Assembly: GCA_038204425.1 (NCBI GenBank)
Contig: JBBRCZ010000003.1
Location: forward strand, 128,001 to 192,000
Source: Spirochaetia bacterium
GTDB taxonomy: Bacteria > Spirochaetota > Spirochaetia > DSM-27196 > Salinispiraceae
DNA: 64,000 bases
Direction of reading: 5' to 3'
The notes beneath the pieces were generated by a model. It searched no databases and was not told the origin of the DNA. It was given only the letters and a program-made list of their open reading frames with translations. The position numbers and the translations under genes were made by a program. This document shows positions 1 to 9,596 of the stretch, in pieces. The number at the start of each line of letters is the position of its first letter. Positions within the stretch are counted from its first letter, which is position 1.

Positions 1-2
1 AG

Positions 3-1961
3 GGTTCATTGCAGGTACATGCTATGTCGGCAATTCTACACTACGGTGAAGACACAGCTCGGCATCGCCTTGAACAGCTGCGAAACATATCAATTATCGA
101 CGATGCAACCATGCTCAAGCTTGATGAAACCAGTGTCAAAAATTTAGAGCTACTATGCAATCTGCAAGATGGCGGGACCGCATTTAGTCTTCTGGCTCAG
201 ATGCATCACACCAAAACACCCATGGGAATGCGATACCTGCGTCAAACAATTGTGGAGCCCTTGCTCAGTAAGAGCCTGATAGACAGACGCTTGCAAAAGG
301 TCTCTTTTTTGTACCATCAGCAAGACTTTTTGACAGAGCTGAGAGTTTTGCTGTCCAGGGTGCAAGATATAGAACGAATAGCAAATCGAATTATTCTCGA
401 TAGAGCCCATGCCAAGGAACTTCGCGCATTGGCCGCGTCCATTGATGCCATGATTGAGATAGAAGATAAAATTAGGCAAACCGACTTGGCTTCAAGCGAA
501 GATCACCAAGAGACCCTTACCCTATGTGCTCAGACCGCAGATCTCATTCGAAAGGGTATTTTGGACGAACCTGCCGTTGTAGTACATGAGGGTGGCCTGA
601 TACGGCATGGTTTTGACGAAAAGGTCGACTACTATCGCAGCCTGCAAAGTGACAGCGAGTCGATACTCGAAGCCTATGTCGAAGAGGAACGCAAGCTAAC
701 CGGTTTAACCGCGCTTAAACTCAAATATAACCGCATAATTGGCTATTACTTTGAGCTTAGTAAATCGCACATCGGCGTCAAGCCCGAACACTTTATTCGC
801 AAGCAAAGTTTGGTCAATGGTGAGCGCTTTGCGACCACCAGATTGCGTGAGCTTGAGGATAATATTTTGAGCGCTAAAGAGCTATGTATAGAGCGCGAGC
901 GAGAAATTTTTCTGCAGTTGCGTGACACTATAAAATCAAGCATAAAGTCGCTTTTGGTGATGGTTGGCTCTATCGCTGAACTTGATCTCATAGCCTGTTT
1001 TGCCGTAACTGCCACCCAGCGCGGCTACAGTTGCCCGGTCATTTACGAAGACCAGCGCCTGCATATTTTGCAAGGCAGGCACCCGGTAGTTGAGCAACAT
1101 GTTGGACTTGGCAAGTACATTCCCAATGATTGTAGCCTGTCACTTGCCGCAAGTCCAGAAAAAGTGGCTTTGCTTACTGGTCCCAATATGGCAGGAAAAT
1201 CAACTTTTTTACGCCAAACAGCGTTGATAGTCTTGATGGCGCAGATGGGAAGCTGGGTACCGGCAGAATACGCAGAGATTGGCCTGACTGACAGAATTTT
1301 TTGTCGTGTAGGCGCTTCCGACAACCTCGCCAAAGGTGAGTCAACATTCTTGGTAGAGATGAACGAGACAGCCATGATTCTTAGGCACGCCAGTGAAAAG
1401 AGTCTGATCATAATGGATGAAGTTGGACGTGGGACTGGAACTCAGGATGGCCTTGCGATAGCTAGATCAATCTTAGAGTACCTGGTTAGCGTCATTCAGG
1501 CGCGATGTTTGTTTGCTACTCATTTTCACGAGCTGACCGAATGTGGCGTCAGTGGTTTTAGAAATCTTTCAATGTCGGTTCAGGAGTCGGACGGCAAAGT
1601 TTATTTCCTCAAAAAGGTTGTTGACGGTCCTTCAAGTAACTCATATGGGGTTCATGTCGCGCAATTAGCAGGTTTGCCCGACTCAGTAATCAGGCGCGCG
1701 CGCCTGCTGGTAGAGATCTCACTGGCCAAGCTGGAAACACGGCCCCAGACTACTTTGCCTCCAGTAGTGCAAGAAAATAATGCTGTACAAGAAAACAATC
1801 AAGATCAACAGGCAAGTCTATTTGACGACAGCGAAGAGCTCAGGCTTTCTCTGTTGAGCTTTAATACTGCCAACAAAACTCCCTTAGAAGCTCTCAATTT
1901 TCTCGACCAGGTCAAAAAGCGTTTTGGTCTTGAACAAACAATAAAGAAATCTCGCTCTTAA
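3..1961 (+). CDS. mutS: DNA mismatch repair protein MutS (5'-truncated by window edge)
   Basis: Walker A TGPNMAGKST, GESTFLVEM, DEVGRGT, FATHFHEL, SYGVHVAQLAG; C-terminal beta-clamp-like QASLF and TPLEAL. Confidence 0.97.
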   Translation, partial: GSLQVHAMSAILHYGEDTARHRLEQLRNISIIDDATMLKLDETSVKNLELLCNLQDGGTAFSLLAQMHHTKTPMGMRYLRQTIVEPLLSKSLIDRRLQKVSFLYHQQDFLTELRVLLSRVQDIERIANRIILDRAHAKELRALAASIDAMIEIEDKIRQTDLASSEDHQETLTLCAQTADLIRKGILDEPAVVVHEGGLIRHGFDEKVDYYRSLQSDSESILEAYVEEERKLTGLTALKLKYNRIIGYYFELSKSHIGVKPEHFIRKQSLVNGERFATTRLRELEDNILSAKELCIEREREIFLQLRDTIKSSIKSLLVMVGSIAELDLIACFAVTATQRGYSCPVIYEDQRLHILQGRHPVVEQHVGLGKYIPNDCSLSLAASPEKVALLTGPNMAGKSTFLRQTALIVLMAQMGSWVPAEYAEIGLTDRIFCRVGASDNLAKGESTFLVEMNETAMILRHASEKSLIIMDEVGRGTGTQDGLAIARSILEYLVSVIQARCLFATHFHELTECGVSGFRNLSMSVQESDGKVYFLKKVVDGPSSNSYGVHVAQLAGLPDSVIRRARLLVEISLAKLETRPQTTLPPVVQENNAVQENNQDQQASLFDDSEELRLSLLSFNTANKTPLEALNFLDQVKKRFGLEQTIKKSRS

Positions 1962-1996
1962 AAAATTGGAATCAACATTGCAGCAGTCTATTGAGC

Positions 1997-2701
1997 ATGA
2001 AGCTGTCAAATTTTTTGTATAATTTCCCTGGTCTGGAATGCTGTATTTGCGCCAACTATCTGGTAGACAGTTCTTCTAGGCTGCTTGGTATTTGTCATTC
2101 CTGTGCTAATTCTTTGCATCCTATCAGCGAACCATTTTGTAGTAAGTGCGGAATTAGTTTATTGTCCGAACAAGGTGACTGCCTAGATTGTAGGCCCTAT
2201 GAAGGGCCTTTTCCTCACCTCAAGATGCTCAGGAGCTGCTATCACTATTGGGGTAGTGCAGCCGATTTTTTGCTTGCCTACAAAAAACACTCGTGGATCA
2301 AACTTGCCAATTTCTTTGCTCGAGCACTCGAGAAGTCTTTGTCTGAGTTCTGGACTTCCGAGATGGTCCTGACTACAGCGCCCAGCACTTTTTTGTCACG
2401 CCATATGCGAGGTTTTGATCATACCAAAGCTTTAGTGACCGCCATGAAACCGCACTATCGCAGATCCTTTCAAAGGCTGCTCGTTAGAAAACCCGGCGCC
2501 AGCCAAAAAAGTCTTGGCCGTGATCAACGATCAAGCAACCTGATTGGCAAAATTGCCTATGCGGGTCCAAAAAGAACCAGTAACTGCGTCACCATCATTG
2601 ACGATGTCTGTACCAGTGGAGCAACTCTGTCTTGTTGTGCCGCTGTTTTGAAGGAAGCGGGGTTTGAGAAAGTCTACGCTCTTACCTTGTTTCGGGACTA
2701 A
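1997..2701 (+). CDS. comF: ComF-family phosphoribosyltransferase-like protein with zinc ribbons
   Basis: N-terminal CxxC pairs (CICA, CHSC, CSKC, CLDC), RGFDH, PRPP loop IIDDVCTSGAT; start could be TTG 1991. Confidence 0.85.
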   Translation: MKLSNFLYNFPGLECCICANYLVDSSSRLLGICHSCANSLHPISEPFCSKCGISLLSEQGDCLDCRPYEGPFPHLKMLRSCYHYWGSAADFLLAYKKHSWIKLANFFARALEKSLSEFWTSEMVLTTAPSTFLSRHMRGFDHTKALVTAMKPHYRRSFQRLLVRKPGASQKSLGRDQRSSNLIGKIAYAGPKRTSNCVTIIDDVCTSGATLSCCAAVLKEAGFEKVYALTLFRD

Positions 2702-2732
2702 TGCAGGCCGGCCAAATTTGCCGCTGGGCCAA

Positions 2733-2761
2733 TTGACAAGCCAGGCTGAACGTGCTAATTT
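2733..2761 (+). promoter_or_regulatory. sigma70-type promoter of rimP-nusA-infB operon
   Basis: TTGACA-N17-TAATTT. Confidence 0.7.
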
Positions 2762-2786
2762 CAGGTACTTTTTGATCCAAGGCGTG

Positions 2787-2814
2787 AAAAGAGTCGGTCT
2801 CCGGCTCTTTTTTT
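2787..2814 (+). terminator. rimP-leader attenuator/terminator hairpin
   Basis: AAAAGAGTCGG-TCT-CCGGCTCTTTTTTT between the promoter and rimP; position matches the known rimP leader. Confidence 0.75.
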
Positions 2815-2851
2815 ATTGACTTAGGTCATCCGTCATGGGGAGGCGTGGGCT

Positions 2852-3295
2852 GTGGGCGAGGACGAACTATACAAAGATTTAGAACCACTTATTGACGACT
2901 TGGGCGTAAAGCTCGTCGACTTTAGGTTGGTGCGCCTAAAAACAGGTACCAACGCTCAAATAGTTTTGTTTAAAGAAGGCGGTGTCGGCACCAATGAATG
3001 TGCCGATGTCTATCGTTTGGTCCTACCAAGACTTGAAGTGCTTTTGACAAGTCAGGATATTCATTTGGAAGTATCTAGTCCTGGCTTGGGCCGGGTTCTT
3101 CGACTGCCACGAGAGTACCCGATATTCTTGGGAAAAAATGTTGTAGTATATTTACGCGGTGGTAAGTCTCATCAGGGTAAACTGGTGGAAGCAGACGGTA
3201 GCGAGTTTCAAGTTTTGACCAAGGATGGATTGGTCGGACTCACTTATGACAATGTTCAGAAAACTAAATTAGAAGAATCACAGGAGGGGTCCTGA
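2852..3295 (+). CDS. rimP: Ribosome maturation factor RimP
   Basis: LEVSSPGLGRVL motif; GGGGAGG SD; upstream of nusA. Confidence 0.93.
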   Translation: MGEDELYKDLEPLIDDLGVKLVDFRLVRLKTGTNAQIVLFKEGGVGTNECADVYRLVLPRLEVLLTSQDIHLEVSSPGLGRVLRLPREYPIFLGKNVVVYLRGGKSHQGKLVEADGSEFQVLTKDGLVGLTYDNVQKTKLEESQEGS

Positions 3296-3297
3296 TT

Positions 3298-4932
3298 ATG
3301 GCAGCATCACTTTCCGAGGCAATTAAGCTTATTGTTCAAGAAAAAGGTATTTCTACCGAATTGGTTTTGCAAACCGTCGAAGATTTGCTCATGGCAGCTT
3401 ACAAGAGAAAATATGGTACCACTGAAAATGCAGTCTTTCAATATGACGAAGAAACTGGGGATGCGGCAATTCTAGCACGAAAACTCATCGTCGCCGAAAT
3501 TGAGGATCCAGTTTTAGAAATCACACTTGAAGACGCTCTGGCTTACGACACTGGTTGTGAACTGGGTGATGAGCTTTTGATCGAGATCGATCCGCAAGAA
3601 TTTGATAGGGTGGCAGTACAAAGTGCTAAGCAAAAGGCGCGTCAATCACTACGAGAGATTCAGAAAGATACGCTTTACTCAGAGTTCAATACCAAAGTCG
3701 GCGAGATGATTATTGGTTATTACCAACGCGAGCACAAAGGCAATATAATAGTTGACCTTGGTAAGGTTGAAGGTATAATGCCTAAACGATACCAATCGCC
3801 TCGTGAGGTTTATCGTGCCAATGATCGTATTAAGGCGATGATTTTTGAAGTCAACAAAACCCCAATGGGCTTGCAGGTTGTTTTGTCCCGAACCCACGTT
3901 GAGTTTGTAAAAAAGATTTTTGAGCTTGAAGTGCCAGAAATTTACGATAAAACGGTAGAAATTGTTAAAATTGTTCGCGAACCGGGATATCGAACCAAGA
4001 TTGCTGTTTATTCACATCGTGATGATATTGATCCAGTGGGAGCATGTGTGGGTCTAAAAGGTGTGCGTATTCAAGCTATAGTGCGAGAGCTTGAAGGCGA
4101 GAAAATTGACATTCTCAAATATGACATTGATCCTCGTTCATTTATTAGAAATGCATTGTCTCCCGCTGAGGTTAACCAAGTCGTTATAATTGACGAGCAC
4201 AAGCGGCAGGCGCTTGCGGTTGTCAATGAAAATCAACTTTCTTTGGCAATTGGTAAGCAAGGCTTAAACGTCAGGTTGGCCAATCGACTGGTTGACTGGA
4301 ACATTGATGTTAAAACAGAAGAACAATTCGCAAGCATGGACATCTCAGTTGAGAAGAAGATGGCAGTCAAAGCACTGTTTGGCGATATGGATGAGCCCGA
4401 ACTTATCACTAAGTTATCTGAGTTGGTTGATATGCCAGCCCACATCTTAGAAATACTTGAGCGCAATGGTATTGAGCTTATTGAAACTTTGGTTTCGCTC
4501 ACAACCGAGCAAATTCGTAAGATTGATGGTTTGACGGAAGCAGATGTTGAAAAACTAGAAGAAATCATTAATAGCAGTGTTGAGATCCTCGAGCAGAGCT
4601 CCGGCGAAGATCAGAATGGGCTTGCGTCTGACGAAAAAGAAGAATATTATAGGGACTTCGAAGGGGCTGGATCAGGCGAGCAATCTGGTCTTGTGGAAGA
4701 TGAGGAATATGAAGAAGACGAGGAAGAAGAAGAGATCTCCTTGGTTTCTGAGTTGCCCGGAATTCCACAAGGTATAATTGACGCGCTTGATAAAGCTGGT
4801 AAATCAGAAATCGTTGACTTGATTTCGATGACTCCAGCTCAGCTGCGATCCTTGGACGGGCTTACACCCGCGGATGTTGAGATTCTTCTGAATATCATTT
4901 CCGAAAACGTTGAGATTATCGAAGAAGAATAA
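3298..4932 (+). CDS. nusA: Transcription termination/antitermination factor NusA
   Basis: S1/KH motifs REPGYRTKIAV, DPVGACVG, LAIGKQGLNVRLA; two acidic C-terminal repeats. Confidence 0.97.
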   Translation: MAASLSEAIKLIVQEKGISTELVLQTVEDLLMAAYKRKYGTTENAVFQYDEETGDAAILARKLIVAEIEDPVLEITLEDALAYDTGCELGDELLIEIDPQEFDRVAVQSAKQKARQSLREIQKDTLYSEFNTKVGEMIIGYYQREHKGNIIVDLGKVEGIMPKRYQSPREVYRANDRIKAMIFEVNKTPMGLQVVLSRTHVEFVKKIFELEVPEIYDKTVEIVKIVREPGYRTKIAVYSHRDDIDPVGACVGLKGVRIQAIVRELEGEKIDILKYDIDPRSFIRNALSPAEVNQVVIIDEHKRQALAVVNENQLSLAIGKQGLNVRLANRLVDWNIDVKTEEQFASMDISVEKKMAVKALFGDMDEPELITKLSELVDMPAHILEILERNGIELIETLVSLTTEQIRKIDGLTEADVEKLEEIINSSVEILEQSSGEDQNGLASDEKEEYYRDFEGAGSGEQSGLVEDEEYEEDEEEEEISLVSELPGIPQGIIDALDKAGKSEIVDLISMTPAQLRSLDGLTPADVEILLNIISENVEIIEEE

Positions 4933-4967
4933 AGCATCGGATTGTTCCGACATCAAAAAGGTGAGGT

Positions 4968-7841
4968 ATGGCAGGAGAACAGGATAAAGAGGCGAAAAAA
5001 AAGACGACCTTGATCAAGCATCGCAAAGAAGATGGCGCACCAGCGCTTCCCGCTGGAGAAGTCGAACACAGTTCTGAGGGTCGGATTAAAGTTGTCAAAA
5101 AAAAGATGGTCGTCAAAGTCAGGAATCCAGCTGATCAAAAAGCAGGTGATCTTGATTCCGCCTCCGGCGATGCCACAACTCGGGCTGCGTCCACAGATGG
5201 GAAAGCTAGTCAGTCGGAACATATTCAAAAAGTCGGAAAACCTGTACCAGCCAGAAGCTCAAGACCGCAAGAATCTTCTGAGGTTGGCTCTGGTGATCCC
5301 AATGACAAGTCAAGGGACTACTCAAGTAAACAAGGTGTAGTAGGCGGACGCTACGTAGGGCCAGCTCGCCAGTACGCGCAGGCTCCCAGACCGGATGCTG
5401 ATCGTTCCAATGAACGAAAACCAGCTCCAGAAGCCGGTGCTGAACGCAGCTTTGAGAAACCGGCTGCTAGTCGGGACGGTCCTGAACAGCCAGCTATCGC
5501 AACACCGCCGGCAGATAAACCAGTGCGACCAGCCTATGACCGAAGTCCTTATCAGACACCAGGTTTTCAACCAAGCGGCTACCAGGGTCAAAATCCTAAT
5601 CCAAATTACCGCGGACAGGGTTCCGGCTATCAAGGTCAGAATCCAAATCCAAATTATCAGGGACAAGGCGGCTACCGACCGGGTCCAGGTGCTCCACGTG
5701 GTCCAGGCGGCCCTAGTGGCCCAGGTGGACCAGGCGGTGACAATCGTGGTCCTAGGCCAGGTTATGCTCCAAGAACAGGCGGTCCCGGTGGCCCAGGTGG
5801 ACCAAACCGAGGTGGCCCTGGCGGTAGGCCAGGATATGGTCCAAGACCAGGTGGTAGCAGCGGCGGCTTTGGGCAACGACCAGGACCGGCACAGTCAACA
5901 CCAATAGAAGCAGGAAAAGTAAGCAGCAAGAAGTTTGTTAAGGCCAAAAAGCCTGCTACGTACAACAAACGTGACCGAACGCAAGAAAAAGAGCTGCAGT
6001 TTAAACAAAAGAAAAACCAAGTTAAGACCAACCCAATTCCAAAGTCTATCGACATCATGGAAGTTGTAACGGTTGCTGAACTTGCAAGAAAAATGAATCT
6101 CAAGGCTTCCGACCTCATTTCCAAGCTTTTTGGCATGGGTATGATGGTTACCATCAATCAACAAATTGACGCCGAAACTGCCACCATCCTAGCTGGCGAG
6201 TACGACTGTCACGTAAATATAGTTTCACTGTATGACGAGACTTTGATTGAAGCAGAGAGTGGGGTTGAAGAAGATGTTGTTCTAAGGCCGCCCGTAGTTA
6301 CCATTATGGGTCACGTTGACCATGGTAAAACTAAATTGCTCGATGCTATTCGATCGGCAGACGTCGCAGCGGGCGAGTCTGGTGGTATAACCCAACATAT
6401 TGGTGCCTATCAAGTTGCCACTGCCAATGGGAAAATTACCTTCATAGATACACCTGGACACGAGGCCTTTACAGCCATGAGAGCGCGTGGTGCTCAAGTA
6501 ACTGACCTAGTAATTCTGGTTGTTGCAGCCAATGACGGCGTAATGCCGCAAACTGTTGAAGCCATTCAGCACGCACAAGAGGGCAAGGTTCCTATTATTG
6601 TGGCAGTTAACAAGGTTGATTTGCCCGACGCCAATATGGACCGCGTTAAGCAGCAGTTGTCAGAATACGGCATTTTGGCCGATGACTGGGGTGGACACCA
6701 TTCGTTCTTCCCAATATCTGCACTCAAAAAAATTGGGCTTCAAGAGCTGCTCGATGGCATTTTATTGCAAGCTGAAGTTATGGAGCTTAAGACCAACTCT
6801 AAATGCCGTGCAGAAGGTCGCATAGTAGAGTCTCGCATTGATCAAGGTCGTGGTATAGTTGCTACAGCCTTGGTTCAACGCGGTGAGTTGAGAATTGGCG
6901 ACAGTTTTGTGGCCGGTATTTATCCCGGTAAAGTGCGGGCAATGTTTAATGACAAAGGTGAGCGCATTGAAGTAGCGGGTCCTGCAACACCAGTAGAAGT
7001 ACTGGGTTTCACTGGGATTCCAGAAGCTGGTGATCCATTCCAGGTTACTGAAAGCGATAAGTATGCTCGGGAAATTGGCGAAAAACGACAAGAACTCAAA
7101 AAGGTTGAAATAGCGAAGAATGTTAAGCGTATAACACTCGACAATCTCTACGATTCTATTAAATTGGGCGAAGTCAAAGAACTTAAAGTTGTTATCAAAG
7201 GCGACGTGCACGGCTCTGTGGAAGCTATCAAGACATCATTAGAAAAGCTATCTACGCGTGAAATAGGTCTGTCGGTTATTACCGCCGCTGCCGGAGCTAT
7301 CAATGAAAGCGATGTCATGTTGGCGGCCGCATCCAACGCCATCATAATTGGTTTTCATGTGCGCCCATCGGTTAAAGCCCAAGTTTTGGCTGATCAAGAA
7401 AAAGTTGAAATTCGCAAATACAGCATCATTTATGACGTTGTTGAGGATATCAAGACCGCAATGGAAGGTCTTTTGGCACCAGAGTTCAAAGAAGAACAAT
7501 TGGCTACCGTTGAGGTACGCGAAGTATTTAAGGTGCCCAAGCTCGGAACAATCGCAGGTTCCTACATTACTAAAGGTAGCGTAAAACGTAATGCGATGGT
7601 TCATTTGGTTCGCGAAGGTATAGAGATATACACAGGAAAGATTGTAAGTTTGCGACGCTTTAAGGAAGATGTAAAGCAAGCAGAGGCAGGATTTGAATGT
7701 GGTATTGGTCTTGAGGGCTTTTCTGAAATTATGGTCGGTGACCAACTGGAAGTTTTTGAAATGAAAGAAATTGCCAGAAAATTGGGACAAACACTAATAG
7801 AAGAAGCTGCTGAAGTAGCCAAGAAAAAAGACAAGGCCTAG
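4968..7841 (+). CDS. infB: Translation initiation factor IF-2
   Basis: [21 protein letters not shown]-domain; long G/P/R-rich N-terminus. Confidence 0.98.
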   Translation: MAGEQDKEAKKKTTLIKHRKEDGAPALPAGEVEHSSEGRIKVVKKKMVVKVRNPADQKAGDLDSASGDATTRAASTDGKASQSEHIQKVGKPVPARSSRPQESSEVGSGDPNDKSRDYSSKQGVVGGRYVGPARQYAQAPRPDADRSNERKPAPEAGAERSFEKPAASRDGPEQPAIATPPADKPVRPAYDRSPYQTPGFQPSGYQGQNPNPNYRGQGSGYQGQNPNPNYQGQGGYRPGPGAPRGPGGPSGPGGPGGDNRGPRPGYAPRTGGPGGPGGPNRGGPGGRPGYGPRPGGSSGGFGQRPGPAQSTPIEAGKVSSKKFVKAKKPATYNKRDRTQEKELQFKQKKNQVKTNPIPKSIDIMEVVTVAELARKMNLKASDLISKLFGMGMMVTINQQIDAETATILAGEYDCHVNIVSLYDETLIEAESGVEEDVVLRPPVVTIMGHVDHGKTKLLDAIRSADVAAGESGGITQHIGAYQVATANGKITFIDTPGHEAFTAMRARGAQVTDLVILVVAANDGVMPQTVEAIQHAQEGKVPIIVAVNKVDLPDANMDRVKQQLSEYGILADDWGGHHSFFPISALKKIGLQELLDGILLQAEVMELKTNSKCRAEGRIVESRIDQGRGIVATALVQRGELRIGDSFVAGIYPGKVRAMFNDKGERIEVAGPATPVEVLGFTGIPEAGDPFQVTESDKYAREIGEKRQELKKVEIAKNVKRITLDNLYDSIKLGEVKELKVVIKGDVHGSVEAIKTSLEKLSTREIGLSVITAAAGAINESDVMLAAASNAIIIGFHVRPSVKAQVLADQEKVEIRKYSIIYDVVEDIKTAMEGLLAPEFKEEQLATVEVREVFKVPKLGTIAGSYITKGSVKRNAMVHLVREGIEIYTGKIVSLRRFKEDVKQAEAGFECGIGLEGFSEIMVGDQLEVFEMKEIARKLGQTLIEEAAEVAKKKDKA
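5577..5657 (+). repeat. Intragenic 48-nt-period duplication encoding [11 protein letters not shown] x2 in infB
   Basis: ggctaccagggtcaaaatcctaatccaaattac vs ggctatcaaggtcagaatccaaatccaaattat. Confidence 0.85.
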
Positions 7842-7844
7842 ATT

Positions 7845-8234
7845 ATGGCCATGCATAGGCAGACACGGGTTGAGCATTTATTGTCTCAACTGCTTGGCAG
7901 CATGATTGTCAGCGGAGAAATCAAAGATCCTCGTGTGAGTACTTTGGTTTCGATTGGTGATATTAGTGTGGCAAAAGATTTGTCGCACGCCAAAATAGGT
8001 GTCTCGGGTTACATGGATGACAAAGAACTTGAATTGGCTGTGGAAGGACTCAATTCCGCAGCTGGTTTTATTCAATCGAGACTTGCTAAGAGCCTGCAGA
8101 CACGGTTGACACCACGATTGCATTTTGAAGTCAACCGCAATATCAAGGCCGCCTTTGAAATGTCTAAAACACTGGATAGTCTAAATATTAAACATGAAAC
8201 AAGCGATGACAACGGCGGGGATAGCGATACTTGA
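7845..8234 (+). CDS. rbfA: Ribosome-binding factor A
   Basis: IKDPRV, DLSHAK, AAGFIQ, RLTPRLHF; follows infB. Confidence 0.93.
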   Translation: MAMHRQTRVEHLLSQLLGSMIVSGEIKDPRVSTLVSIGDISVAKDLSHAKIGVSGYMDDKELELAVEGLNSAAGFIQSRLAKSLQTRLTPRLHFEVNRNIKAAFEMSKTLDSLNIKHETSDDNGGDSDT

Positions 8235-9096
8235 TAAACCGGAAGGACTTACCTCCTTTCGGGCCTTAGGTGCGCTCAAAAGAAACTTATCAACCAAAAA
8301 AATCGGTCATTGTGGCACTTTGGATTTGTTTGCCAGCGGGCTGCTGCTTGCTTTTGTCGAAGAAGCTACTCGCTTAGTGCCCTGGTTTGTTGGTAAAGAC
8401 AAGAGCTACACTGCTCAGATATGGTTTGGTTCGCAGACAGACACCTTGGACCCTGGCGGCAAGCAAATTGCCAGCGCTGACGTGCCGTCACTCGAGCAAA
8501 TTCTGTCCGTTTTACCAAGTTTTGTAGGAAATATTGCCCAAGTGCCGCCAGCCTATTCGGCAATACACATTGATGGAAAGCGCGCCTACCAGCGCGTGCT
8601 TGCAGGGGAAGAACCGGCACTCAGACCACGTAACATAACTATTCACTCGATAGACTTTCTCAAATGGCAGTCGCCAGTAATGACCATTCAAGTGGCTTGT
8701 TCGTCCGGAACATACATACGTTCATTGGCACGTGACATCGCTTTAGCCTGCTCCTCGGTGGCACACCTGTCAGGTTTGAGGCGAACCCAACTTGGTTCAC
8801 TAAAGGAGTCCGACTCGCGGGTTTGCAGTCCAGATCAATGCGGTATCAATGAAGTTATATCGGGCAGGCGCGTACTTGATTTGATAGGCGAGGTGCAGTG
8901 TCTCGAGCTGCGAGAACAATTTGAAGCCGACTTTAAGCAGGGCAGAGCCATAAAAGAGACATGGTTTAGCTCGCTTGACCTTCCTATTGAATCCCAGACG
9001 GCTATGGTTGCCTGCCAAGATCGCATTGTAGGCGTCGTAACGCTGGTTAGACAGCAAGCTATACGCTACCAACAGGTTTTCCCTCGCGGAATATGA
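8194..9096 (+). CDS. truB: tRNA pseudouridine(55) synthase
   Basis: DKPEGLTS, GHCGTLD, PPAYSAIHIDGKRAY, SSGTYIRSLARD. Confidence 0.95.
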   Translation: MKQAMTTAGIAILDKPEGLTSFRALGALKRNLSTKKIGHCGTLDLFASGLLLAFVEEATRLVPWFVGKDKSYTAQIWFGSQTDTLDPGGKQIASADVPSLEQILSVLPSFVGNIAQVPPAYSAIHIDGKRAYQRVLAGEEPALRPRNITIHSIDFLKWQSPVMTIQVACSSGTYIRSLARDIALACSSVAHLSGLRRTQLGSLKESDSRVCSPDQCGINEVISGRRVLDLIGEVQCLELREQFEADFKQGRAIKETWFSSLDLPIESQTAMVACQDRIVGVVTLVRQQAIRYQQVFPRGI

Positions 9097-9099
9097 TAC

Positions 9100-9128
9100 T
9101 TGACATGGGTCGTTTATACCACGATAAT
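9100..9128 (+). promoter_or_regulatory. sigma70-type promoter of rpsO-pnp
   Basis: TTGACA-N17-GATAAT. Confidence 0.7.
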
Positions 9129-9296
9129 GTCGCCATTATATTGTAGTCCAAGAACATAATTGTGACCTATAGCAAACGGAAAGCAGATAATTTTTTGCCG
9201 ATGATCGCAGCATTCTTTTGGGTGGCGCAGATCAGATAATCAAATTGTTACAGCATGCGCATACAAATTGCATAAGTCACCAAGAAGGAGCTGGAG

Positions 9297-9566
9297 ATGT
9301 CCATTACCAAAGAAAAAACTCAAGAGTTGATCACCACGTTTGGCGTTGGTGAAAAAGATACTGGTCGTACTGAAGTACAGATTGCTATCATTACAGAAAG
9401 AATTAGTAAGTTGACCGAACACTTAAAGTCTTTTGCCAAGGATCATAGTTCACGGCGAGGTTTGCTCAAGTTAGTTGGGCAACGTCGCCGACTCTTGAAG
9501 TACCTCAAGCGAGAAAAACTCGAAACCTACCGAGAACTGATTGCCAAACTTAACCTGCGCAAGTAG
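9297..9566 (+). CDS. rpsO: 30S ribosomal protein S15
   Basis: [33 protein letters not shown]. Confidence 0.98.
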   Translation: MSITKEKTQELITTFGVGEKDTGRTEVQIAIITERISKLTEHLKSFAKDHSSRRGLLKLVGQRRRLLKYLKREKLETYRELIAKLNLRK

Positions 9567-9596
9567 TTTCCGCAAGCACTAAGACAAGGAGACTAT

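Noticed and set aside
1767..1799. 18-nt tandem duplication (VQENNA/VQENNQ) in mutS
   Set aside because: Two copies only, in the variable C-terminal linker; probably neutral
5322..6164. Long alternative-frame and antisense ORFs within infB (131-184 aa)
   Set aside because: By-products of the GC-rich Gly/Pro repeat codons; no SD or motifs, and fully inside a conserved gene
8194..8234. 41-nt rbfA/truB overlap (and a 44-nt overlap at 39152-39195)
   Set aside because: Overlaps fall in variable termini; ordinary translational coupling
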